From the NCBI GenBank assembly GCA_040954595.2, contig CM082595.2, positions 3,767,943-3,831,942 of the forward strand: a stretch of 64,000 bases of DNA, written 5' to 3'. Position numbers and translations under genes: made by a program. Source of the DNA: Balanoglossus misakiensis (taxonomy: Eukaryota > Animalia > Hemichordata). The number at the start of each line of letters is the position of its first letter. Position 1 is the stretch's first letter. Below, in pieces: positions 1 to 11,430 of the stretch. Under the pieces are notes generated by a model that was not told the origin of the DNA, did no database searches, and was given only the letters and a program-made list of their open reading frames with translations.

Positions 1-2686
1 ATTGTATGCAAATTACGCTAAATCGAGTCCCTGGAAATACCTGTACATGTAGGTTTCATGTACATGTACATTGTACCTTTAAACATACAGTTTAGACAAT
101 GCTTCCTGTTGAGTCATCATCCGAATATTAACTCGACTACAGTCTAAATAATTTTCAGAGAGCATATACCTTGTAATTATGGACAATGACAACAATCTGA
201 ACTTCGTAATCATCAGTAACACTTTCACTCAGTCACTTTTCGTCAATTTCAAAAATTAGCAATTTATTTTGACACGTTTGTTTGCCAACGTAAACATTTT
301 TGTTAAGTGTGTGTACCCTCTCGCGAAAGTCATTTGTCATCATTGGTAAACAACAGTGTCACATTCGAACCGAAAGGCGTACCAGCTCTCGTGCAAATTA
401 ATGATCGCGTAGTTCCGGCTCTTGACGTGTGTGTGTAAATGTCAGCTGTGCCTTCTTCAGTACACAAAGCAGTCACCTTGAAACTGATTGTTAATCAGCT
501 GCAAGGGGAATTTTGTTTACTGTCAGTAGGTTACGGTTCAAAGCCAGCCAATACAGAGGTAGCTAACGTTTGAAACAGACAGTGGGTTGAACTTGAAACA
601 AATTCGTACTCGATAAATTCACCTAGATTTGCTCAAAGACGCTGCTTGAATGACAATGAATGGAAAACAGGTCAATATTCTACTTTCTGCAGCACCCTAT
701 GTACAGCTCACAGACAGAATATAAATAGACGTGCAACAGACATTTGCATTTGCTCTGCCCAGCTGCTACATGTACACCTCAAGGCAAACAACAGCATGTG
801 TACATACACCAAATGGCAGTACAGAATTTAACCTTCAGACACCAAAAGTTGCAACTGCAGGCTTTACAGTATAGGCAGTGGAAACATTTAGTGCAAACAC
901 TCGCATACAATGAATATTTATTTCCTTTCAAATTAACCCTTAACCTTTACCCCAATAAATAAAGAATGCGTTATTAGTTCCGACCACAGTAAAACCAGAG
1001 GTTAATTCACATACGTGGCTTCTAAATTCGCAATGGGGGACACATGTGTTAACATGTAAGTTGTTGCTACTACCAATGTTAATTTCCCACCTAATCTGAA
1101 AACTCGGTTTATATAAACATACTGATATGAATGCAATAAAATTTGAGATGATATCAATATTGAATTGTACACATACTTGTTCAGCTGGGATGTAAACTTG
1201 ACACTCTGATATGGCTAGTTTATTGACTTGAAATTTATGGGTTTTTAATGGTAGGATTTTTCTTGACATGTGCTTGTGGTAATCAACACACATGTCGTTA
1301 TAAGTCATAATTCAAAGACGGAAATGCGGCAGACCCTGACCCAAAGTCTACAGATTCACGTGTGCTAATGTCTACTCAGTTACAAAAATCACAAGTCAAC
1401 TACGGTACAGTACATTTGCATGTGCGTGTAGGGATATTGTATTTTATTCATATTTCTAAGCAAAGTTTCATACCGAACAATACAATATTTCAGTCGTTTT
1501 CCACCTATGGGGCCTCCCAGGCCACCATCACATCCATATTCATTTAGACTATCCCTAGCAGATTGAATTATTTCGCTTTAAGACAGTAAGCATCCCTGGG
1601 GAGTAATTGACACATATCCATTCTTGTTGACTGCAATTTATTCATTTCTCTGGGCCAACCCACTGTTAGCAAATTGGAAAATAACTCCTGAGCTATACAT
1701 GTACTTTAATCTAAATTTGAAGCAGGAACACATCCCCTTTAAGGCTCGATCAAGGAAGTATGGTTTTCAGTTTCAGACTGGCCAGGCATGTGAAAATCAG
1801 AGATACCAAACAACAGTGTCGGACCAAGACCAGGAAATGAGATAAACACACTCAGGTCTTGCTTCCATCGTTGATGATGCAAGCACTTTTACTTACACAC
1901 ATGCAAACAAAGGGACCCTTTCACTTGGCTATTTCCTATATGGGGAAAGAGTCACCCAAGCAGTGTTCTTTGCATAAATAAAGTACATTTGTACTTACAT
2001 TTCCTTCAAATTTTAAGCTATATGACTGTACACTCTCTTGAAATTTAGTATTATGGGAAACTGGTAAAGTCTAACATGTTATGTAAATAGACATGATAAC
2101 CTCATCTGGTTCCCAGGACATACAAACACGTGTAGGTATTTTAATCAACAATATTTGAAAAATTAATCTCCTACTGTACTGGATTCAAAACACAAAGTGT
2201 AACATGTTACAATGTATGTGAATATTTTTTTCCCTAAATTCACCTCAAAGAATTACATTTACATACTGATCTACCATCAAGACATAAACCAGCTCAGAAT
2301 AAATGTAATAAAGATTACTGCAATCTTCCATTATATTTGACCTTTTCGTCTCAACAACTCTCAGTAGTAAATTTTCCCACTGAGCTTTTAGGGTTCAATA
2401 GACTAAACCATAGACAGGTTGGTTACTGGGGCAGTCAAAATATACTGCAGTGAAATTCTTAGGACCACTTGAAATATTTGGTTATAACTAACACTGCTAC
2501 GCAAACAAAGCCACCATAATGAACATTTCTGACCTTCTGGGGTTTGGCAGTGCATTGTGATGGACACGCATACCAATGTAGCAATGTTGCATTTGGATTT
2601 TTGATCCTAATGACAAATTAGGAGATTTATCAAGAATGTTCCAAATGACAACATCGATTGGCAACGCAATTCATCAGCTGATTTTA

Positions 2687-2935
2687 GGAGGCATTCTGGT
2701 GTAGCGGCCACGGTGCAAGATGTGCTAAGAATGCGTGATTGTGACTTTGATACCTAGACATGGCCGTGATGCTGTGCCCTTGAGAAAGACACCCCACTTT
2801 TCATTGCTGCTGCTCTACCCTGTATGCCAGCCAAAAATCATCATACTGACGTCTACAAGGCCAATTTAAGATACATGCACAGATGAGACTTTGCCTTGTG
2901 CCTGTATATTGTCAGGGCTGATAAATCTCATTAAA
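2687..2935 (+). mobile_element. Degenerate tRNA-derived SINE (CORE-like body)
   Basis: A-box-like TGGTGTAGCGG head and a decayed B-box region. These are followed by GCTGTGCCCTTGAGAAAGACAC...CATTGCTGCTGCTCTACCC, resembling the TGTGTCCTTGGGCAAGACACT...CATTGCCTCTCTCCACCC body common to metazoan SINE2 elements, and an AT-rich tail. Recognised by eye only. Confidence 0.5.
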
Positions 2936-3194
2936 TGTGACAGCACCTACAAGGCTACATGTCTACACACATGCTGCAAATTACAGGGACCACCGACATC
3001 TGAATAACCTATAACCTATCTCATATGACACACTCTGTTGTCACACAAAACAAAGCTGTTGAATGTTGTTATTGTTGTTGTTTGGTGGTTAGATAATATA
3101 GTATTTAGAGTACTACATAATGTACCAACTTCTAGTAGTATTCTGGATATTTACGCAAAATTGAGCAGCTGCAATCAACACAACACAACGCAGT

Positions 3195-3211
3195 GGGGGG
3201 GGGGGGGGGGG
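3195..3211. repeat. Poly-G tract (G17)
   Basis: Direct reading: 17 consecutive G in intron 1 of the minus-strand gene. Confidence 0.9.
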
Positions 3212-3470
3212 TCTGGTACCATTACATCATTGTATTGTTTACATACATTTCAATTGTTTTCCTGCTGGGTAACTGGACAGATGCTAAGTGGCTTATATTA
3301 AGCTGAAAACTCTCCTTACATTGCGTCAACTTTCCAACGGTTACTGGGAATAAGGGTCAACACAATCGTCAACGAAAGATTTATGTTTTCAAAACCCAAG
3401 GTAGTGTTGAAATTGGCACACTTTTGCCCAATGGTCCAACAAGTTTTAAGTACACAGTTCGATCGCCTAC

Positions 3471-3516
3471 CTCGCTCGACCTTTCCTTTCAAGTCCGGTT
3501 CCTCAACCTCCGCCAT
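3471..3516 (-). CDS. First coding exon of an unidentified divergent gene (MAEVEEPDLKGKVER + phase-1 base)
   Basis: Good start context (gacATGGCG) at 3516, 15 codons of protein-like sequence, then a consensus donor GAG|GTAGGC. It lies in CpG-rich sequence downstream of YY1 and CCAAT motifs. No family recognised and later exons not confidently located. Confidence 0.6.
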
Positions 3517-3629
3517 GTCCCTTCTCCTGGAAAACTGCAAACGATACGGGCTGCACAACAACAAGGACGACTTGCACTATTTAACCCAGGTCGAGGAGTT
3601 CACAGACGACGATAAAATATGGTCCAGTT

Positions 3630-3960
3630 CAAACGCAAAATGGCGGAACTACCATGAGCCTTTGCAAAACTTGGTATTTATTTACTCCAGTAATGGTGGT
3701 CTTTTGAGGACACCCACCTGTTGAGTGTTTGTGTTAGGAATAACGGTTTACCGTTATAATTAATTTTCCGACAGACAAGTAAATCTTGTGAAAGCAACTT
3801 TCAATTCCAACATGATGGCAATCGATCAATTATCACTGTTTGGCTAATGATTTAGACCCCCAGCCCGACAATTCTGATTGGTCAATCATTCCGCGCACCT
3901 GAAACATGTAGACCACAGTACTTGTGATTGGTCAATTCGCTCCGCACTCTTGGAACAAGT
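3630..3960 (-). promoter_or_regulatory. Promoter region of the minus-strand gene (tandem CCAAT boxes, YY1 motif)
   Basis: TGATTGGTCAAT at 3875-3886 and again at 3925-3936 (CCAAT on the - strand, 50 bp apart); AAAATGGCGG (YY1-type) at 3637-3646; locally CpG-rich. Confidence 0.55.
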
Positions 3961-5029
3961 ATGTACGGACATAGAGGCCGCGGACAATTCATGTTGACCT
4001 GAGTTGTCTCTGTAAAATGTTTTCCGCAGCTCTGACGTGTCTGTAAACTAAGCTAATCAGTTTGTTTAGTAAACTTATTCCCCTAGTGCTCTAATGCAAG
4101 TTGTTCTCAATAGTTTTACATGTACATGTATACGGTTGGCTGGTACCCTGCCTCGAACGTCAGTGACAAGCCCATGGTTAATAAGAAAATAGAGAACTGA
4201 CCAATCGGATTTTCAATGGGTGGCCACATGAAAAAAGAGCGCCACTACATGTCCTATACAACACTAAGATACACCATTTTAGCCATATATGGGTATATGA
4301 AAATTACAGGTGATTATGTACAGAAAGAATATTACAGAAAGGCGCGTACAGGCGTGCGTGCGCACACGCTTCTTCTAACTAATAAAAACAAAGGCAACCT
4401 GTTTTCATTCTTTGAGGGCGCTTTTCTAGCAACTCCTACGTCACAATATGCTAAATCTTGACACAGTATGTATTGTGTAGAGGTATCCGGCAGCGATAAA
4501 ACTAGAATTTTGATATATTCGGTTTAGAACACAGTGCTACAAGATCCAATCTTCATGAAGCAAATGGCAAATACATAAACCAGGAACTTCATTATCAAAA
4601 TATTCCCGGCTCAAGTTGCTAACATTATATCTGCATGACTACAGCATACCATTATTTGCCTTACTTTCTTTATTATTATATAAAATATTATTTTCTTTTA
4701 ATATTACGAGTTGTTTCTAAAGTGCAGTGGGTCGGGTATAGGACCATACTTCTGTTAATGTCTTTGATGTTATCAACCATACGTTTACCACACGATCGTA
4801 TGTCGCTGCTATTTGCGTTGTTATGGAAATCATTCAACCAGAAAATGCCTCCGATGTGAACAAATAAAACAGCGAATCAACAGAATGTATCATACAATGT
4901 CTGTTTGCTTACACATAGCCCGGTGCGTGTATGTTTTAGACTTACAGCCCGACTGTCGAAATTTTATTGGCCTCGTTGAGATTTATAAAATGCAGAGGAA
5001 AAAATTACAGTTTAATTTATGAGGACAGA

Positions 5030-7469
5030 TAACCAAGTGGCCACATTGTCAACCCATCATCGTTTCCGCAACGGAACCTGGGCAACGGTATACCTTCGGA
5101 GTTCATTTGACGTCAATGTAACCATGGCAACACAGGGCGTGTATTCAGTCGATGGCTTGACAGTTCGAATCTCGTTTATTAGTATTTTTTGCGTGTGTCA
5201 TCGCGTTCTCCCGATGCCACGATTTTCCAAGAAAATACATTTTCTTGAATTTTTGCATTTTAGTGCATGGCAAAGGGGTAATTTAAAAATTGATGGCGCA
5301 CGGAAACGACAATTTTTCCGTCTCCGGAATAGCGCTAAGCTGCGATGCAGCGAAATAGCACAACCCGGAGCAACGTAAACGCCAATCATGCGCGCGTCGC
5401 CATGGATTGAGCGATTAATTCAGAAGTTGACGAGGATGCGCCCTGCGGGTAACAATAACTAATTTCGTGGTTGTCTGGCTTTTAAAGTGTCGCTGGTGAT
5501 AGAAACTGACATTGGGATTTCAAGTATTGGTACAAAAACTGTCCGTCCAAAGTCATTGGACCAGGGCCGGGCCACGTGTCTACCAAAGATTTGCTCATTG
5601 TTTTACGTTTTGGCAACAAGAATTAATTTTCATTTGACGGCGACGCGTGTCACAAACCTATATGTATTATTCCCGAATTTTCCATATCCCTCCTTATCAA
5701 ATAAATTTAATAGCAAAACTCCTGACAAGAAACGAGAACATGAAATATTGGCAAATTGGTGAGGTTATGCCGCTCGTAAAAGCCTATTTTATCCTACAAG
5801 TGAGCGATATTGCGTCTCCTGGTGTTGAATGTAGAATAATTGTTTTGACGAAGAAAAGGACTTGTCGCGTCTGGGGGTGTCGCTATATCGGTCGAATGCA
5901 GATTAAACACCCTGGATGCTTCGATCCTTGGTCGATGACGTCATTGTAGGTGAAGGGTTCAGGAATAACGCATCGGAGGTTACATTACATAAGCAAATTT
6001 AACAGTTTCTCCTGAGATTGTTTATCGAGATCGTGAGATTTACTGCGGTACATTCAATGCATCAGAAAACAGATCTCATGTTTTTTCGCACTTGTAAGTC
6101 ACAGATAAAATACACTGATTCATTTGAGCGAGGGTGTTTTCAGTCCTAAGTTATTGTTTCACAATACACGGTATTAATTTTGAGTTAGGATGGGATTTGT
6201 AATACATCCGCGTTTTCAGTAGATTTGCAGTATCACCAAGGAAAGTTTGTTCTTATGAATGCAGTATTTAAAACGACTGTGATAAAAACTAGTAAAACTA
6301 AATTAACTGGCTATAGCTTCATCTCTTAAAGAAATGTTTTTTTCACGTGATAGCTAGAGTCTCTTCATCTCAATTTGTGAAAAGTGAGCGCACATGCAGT
6401 AGAGAGAGAAATCTCGAAGACCTTTGCCGAAAGTGCGCAGTTTTGCGGCAAATCATGTGAAACCATGTAGAGATGGTGCGTGGGTGATGGGGAGGGGGAG
6501 ATTACCCACAAACGTCAAACTTGTTTTGCCTGAAGAAAAATAAATACTCAAGCTGTTGCAAACGTTAAAATTTGTTTTCTATTTCACCGTTTCGCCGGCC
6601 ACCGCTGTGATCTGCAGTGGCGCAGATCTATAACTTCGCCGGAGGCGGCGCTGTTCTACGCAACGAAAAGACGCACTTTGCTGTCAAAAATTGTCTGTCT
6701 CCATTTCCTCTGGTATCAGCTTCCACTTGTACGAGTTATTGAAAGACTGGATGAATGTTTAATATCCGAAGATCCTCTTATGTGTCATGAATTCGTTGGT
6801 ACAATTTTCCATGCGTTATTTACGCGAGAAAAAGCTAAATTTTACTTTTATTGCACACTGACCAATACTATAATTACTGTGAATTTCTTGCTTGATATTG
6901 GAGACCAACCAGAAAAAGTTTACTTTTTCTCATCCGGAATCTTAACAGCACAAATGAATAGCGATTTTGGCATGACAGTCACATTATATGTCGGCTATTA
7001 CGTGAGAAATCGTAAGTATTAGGACTGTGTTTCCCAGCCCAACGCAGTTCGACCAGAGAGTCAAAATGTCGACTTTTCTCACAAAACAATTTAGTAAAAC
7101 TGACAGCTTATTTTTCCCGTATTTTACGGAACTCACAGTGCTTTGTGTGATTAAAATATCCCCTGGCTCAATGTTGTGTAAATCACCTTACAAGAGTATA
7201 TCGCGAAGGACCTTGACAACCCCCCTTTACTGGTAATGGTTTCGTCCACAGCAGCGGATTTGTTGATTGACTTGGTGCATTGAGCCACTGTATTGCAGTG
7301 TGTTGTGTTGGGGGATCTGGTACACTATACTCGACCCAGCGTGTCGTCTGTGTGGTCACCTATCTACGCGTTATTGTGAATTTGTGTCATTGAATTTACC
7401 TTAACAAGGAGATAATATTGGTTGGAAACAGTACAGTTAAGACGTGAAGACGTCGAGGGGCACGAGAGA
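5030..7469 (+). promoter_or_regulatory. CpG-rich upstream/promoter and 5' UTR region of the PDE9-like gene
   Basis: Visibly higher CpG density than the introns. Perfect CREs TGACGTCA at 5108-5115 and 5936-5943, X-box GTAACCATGGCAAC at 5118-5131, and GCCAATCA near 5381. Lies directly upstream of the ATG at 7470; TSS not determinable. Confidence 0.5.
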
Positions 7470-7557
7470 ATGACAACGAAGGTGATATATTTCATCGTCG
7501 CCGGCAAACCCGAGCAGGCTGAATTTCGAAGCGACTTCCCAGCGGACGATATTAAAG
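7470..7557 (+). CDS. PDE9A: PDE9-like cGMP-specific phosphodiesterase, coding exon 1 (MTTKVIYFIVAGKPEQAEFRSDFPADDIK)
   Basis: ATG at 7470, 29 codons + 1 nt, donor AAG|GTAGGT. Resembles the PDE9 N-terminal segment (K.IY...G..Q...F......DI.DLF) and joins in frame with exon 2. Confidence 0.85.
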
Positions 7558-8479
7558 GTAGGTAGTTTCGTAAGGTTCGTTTGTGTCTATATATATATGA
7601 GCCATAAGTGTCACGAATCGAGATCATGGGCACTTCCTTCGTTTGTGGTTCTTATATGACGGTAATCAGACTGCATTAAGAGGAAATATTTGGCGTCTCC
7701 GCCACATGTTGCAGTATATGTTGTGACTGGCTTTGCAGTGCGCTTTTTAAGCTTGGAAATTCCTATTCCAATGATATATGTGTGCGGATCGACTATAGTA
7801 TAGTACTATGTTGAGTGATCAGAACTGACATATCCCAGCTGTACTGCGTAGACAGCTATGGAGTGACTGACGATAAATTGAGCAAGCCATAGTGACAGTG
7901 CTCTTTTAAAAAAATATAGCTCTTTTTTCTGAATCGATCCAAAGCTAGTGTTACTTATCGATTTCTCGGTGGACGACATACTCGGTGTTTACAGTGTTGT
8001 TTTTGCCACGATAGCAACATCACCAGCGGTCGCTGATTCCCCTCGACCAAATTCCTGTACCCGTCGAGATCCCAAGGGTCTGTCATAGTCGCTCGCGAAG
8101 TGTGTGATTCTGTATTCATTGGGTTCAGTTCACACATAGTCAAGTTACCTCCACCTTTCGTGTGGCAAGGATGTAAGATTACCTTGGAAAACAGTTTGCC
8201 AGCGCTTTCATTTGCAAACCCGGGCTCAATTACCGCGTTTTACCTTGTCACAGCACAGGCAGACGTCCGTGGTCATAGAGACGTTTCAAACATTTGATGT
8301 GCGTGTTTTTCTCTCTAATTCAATACAATGACTTTTCAAATAATGTGTTACCGAACAAGTAAAAAATAAACTTTCCACAGCAATTACACCAGCAAAAGAA
8401 AGTATGGTCTATGTACCGTCTTTGGCTGTGAAATTTCATCTCCGTAAAGAAAAAAACCAATGTATATGGGGAATCCCAC

Positions 8480-8659
8480 GTTAGAAACGCACACGCGCTT
8501 GAAATGGACATGGGTTAGAAACGTACACGCGCGCGTTTGAAATGGACATGGGTTAGAAACGTACGCGCGCGCGTTTGAAATGGACATGGGTTAGAAACGC
8601 ACGCGCGCGCTGGAAATGGACATGGGTGAAACCACACGCGCGTTGGAAACAGACATGGG
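8480..8659. repeat. Minisatellite, 5 units of 34-38 bp (GTTAGAAACGYAC(GC)nTTGAAATGGACATGG)
   Basis: Units start at 8480, 8514, 8552, 8590 and 8626, differing mainly in (CG)n length. Confidence 0.95.
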
Positions 8660-9576
8660 CCGGGCGCAAGTCCTTGAGACAAATCTGTATAACTATGGAC
8701 GTACAGGAGAGATACGTCCGTGAAAAAAATGCTAACCAGTTGACAGTTAAACCTTAGGTAAATAATAGTTATGTAATTACCTGTGAAACTGCTAATCCGC
8801 TGGATGGGGTTATAGCCAATCGCCAAAGCAGTTGAACGAGCTGTTATAATAAACGGTCGCTATTGTAAACACTATTGTAAACACGGTCAGGACAGCAGTT
8901 TGTGGTTTTACAACCGGTATCCTGTAGGTCAACGAGAAAAGGGTCTGTTTAATGGGAAGAATGAAATGTAGAATAAAAAGGGTACAAGCAAATGCATGTA
9001 GCACTAAATGCCTAGTAACAGTAATTGTTAAGTACCCAACATCCTATAAAATGTCTTGAAAAAAGGTGTTCTGGGAGCTTGAAACCAGAGCTCTGTATGT
9101 AGTATGAATGGGGAAAGATTTTTAAAAGTCTGAAGGAATTTCTATCAAAACTGACTGCACAGATAGTTCATTGGTTACAGTAGGGAAGTCCCTACCCCCC
9201 AGGGCCCCTCCCCACCCCTGGCCTGCTTAGATATACACTGTGATAAACAGGTTATAGTTGTTGCTGGAATTAATATAAAATAAATAAAATTCATAACCAT
9301 TTCCCAAGTTTAATTATTCAAATAAATCATGTATGTTATCTGTGAAAGTACTTGTACAGATGTATGTGTAGTTGCATAGTCAAAGTTATGCAACAGGCTT
9401 GTGGTTATAGAGCACAAATTCACTATATATACCACGTTGGATAGGTGATCTTATTTGTACAAGGCCAAACTCTATGTGTGGTTTCAGTTAGTTCAGGCGT
9501 TGGAACATATCTGAAGTTTTGAATTGTTATAGTCACACTCCAGGAAGGTTCATGCATAAAATTCACAGAAGATAAT

Positions 9577-9642
9577 TTATGTTGTGAGGAATTATTAGTT
9601 ATGTTGTGAGGAATTACCAGTTATGTTATGAGGAATTATTAG
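9577..9642. repeat. Tandem repeat, 3 x 22 bp (TTATGTTGTGAGGAATTATTAG)
   Basis: Direct reading; units at 9577, 9599 and 9621. Confidence 0.9.
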
Positions 9643-11221
9643 AAATTACTGGAATTGAGGGCTTAATTAAAGTTGAATTATATCATCGCATAAAGATAAA
9701 TACATTTGAATAAATCATGTAAATTCCCCGAATATCATTAAGTTCAAGTGAAAGTTCAGGTATGCAAAATGTTCAGATTCGTGCAGATTCCAAAACAAGG
9801 TCTGCTCAAAGTTCACTGGACCCTGCATAGCACATAACACAGCAATTCAAGAAAACTTAAGCATAAAATATACAGAATTTGCAAGATATACAAAGGACTC
9901 AATCCATTTTCTCCTGAGCGATCAGTAACATTTACAAGAAATTAAAATAATGTGACCCAGACTTCACTTGGTGAATGTTTTGATTCCTGTACATGTAAAT
10001 AAGCCAGCAAACTTGACATGTGACCTTCTGACCTTGAAGACTGTTGATCAACACGAAATGAATCGAAATGAATCACAGTCTTATACACAATGACATCAAG
10101 TTTATTTAGACCTTGATTTTAGAATTCAAATAATGGGCACATCTGTAAAAAATCTGTTGGTCGTTTGGATAGCAGTATTCAAGTCTTAAAATCTGTAACC
10201 CTACAATACTCATGTTCGGTCAAATAACAGTACGTAGTTACACATGAATTTAGTGATTTTATTGGGCGTCGTTCATTTAATGCACTTAAAGCTGGCTGTA
10301 TAAAATGGTTGCATTTAACTGGTTATATTTACAACCCTGTTAAGATGTTGAGAGTGTACAACAGATTTTGTATAGTATTATGTGTACTGTAAGGCTAATG
10401 GATTCGATTGATTTCATGAAAGACGTTGAAAAAAATGTTTAAAAAATGAAAGTGGCAAAAACGAAATCAACAAAATAAGTGCGGGTTTACATATGAAACA
10501 AGAGCACTGTCACTGAATGTGATTGACAGTTAGATAAATGAACCACAGAGATATGTTGTTTTTGGGTGGATGGATGTAAATATTGTTATTCAGTGTGCAT
10601 ATAGACTTGTTTTTATTGCAAAGACGCAATATTAACGTGGCTTTCTGGGTCAGCAGAACGTGTGTAATTAAACGTAGATCGCAGATGTCATCGGTGGCCA
10701 GGCATGCATGGGTGGGTTGTGCGATGGATGGATCCTGGGTATTCTGTCTGTACATGCGAAAGATATGGATGGGTGAGCCGGGTTCAGCTGATGGGGTCTT
10801 TGAGAGCTCCCCTGGGATGATTTGATGTGTACCCTGTACTGAGCGGGGGTTGAAACAGTGATCGCGTTCAAGCCTGATAATCATACAAGTGATATAAAAC
10901 CAGTACAATTTTTCTGCCATGATATCACTTGTTTTTCCAATTTTCACAATATATATGTGATTGTGTTGTTAATTGGCATAGTCACCTTGAAAAGTCACTA
11001 AAATTGGTGAAATTTAGAATACAGTTCTATACTGCACTACATATTGCAGTACCACCCAAACTATTTATATAATAGAGATATTGAGCTGAAGATATTTGAA
11101 AACGACTTCGTATGTGTATGGTCAAGATTATGTTTACAAGCACTGTATAATTCCACCCATGAAGTCTGAGGTGATAATGACATCCCATTGGGACATGAAA
11201 CAAAAGGGGAGAACAACAGTG

Positions 11222-11430
11222 TGCAACACAGTGACAAAAAATAAGTATAGTGACACAATGTAACAAAAATCTAATGTCGCTTGCAACAATGTAACTAAAT
11301 CTAGTACAGTTCACATCAATGTAACAGAATTCCTGGGTTGTTTGTAACAATGTAACAAAAATGCAGCTAGTTTGCAACAGTGTGACAGAAATCCACAACA
11401 GTTTGCAACAAGTTAACAAAAATCTAACCC
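11222..11430. repeat. Degenerate ~30-bp periodic array, core TGCAACAATGTAACAAAAAT
   Basis: Cores at about 11222, 11251, 11282, 11312, 11343, 11373 and 11404, with variable ~11-nt linkers. Confidence 0.8.

Noticed and set aside
1897-1935. Possible 39-nt phase 1-1 second exon of the minus-strand gene (GNSQVKGSLCLHV)
   Set aside because: The acceptor and GTAAGT donor are plausible and in frame, but the exon is too short and has no homology support; it cannot be distinguished from chance.
11222-11430. CRISPR array
   Set aside because: Eukaryotic intron, degenerate repeats, ~11-nt spacers and no cas genes.
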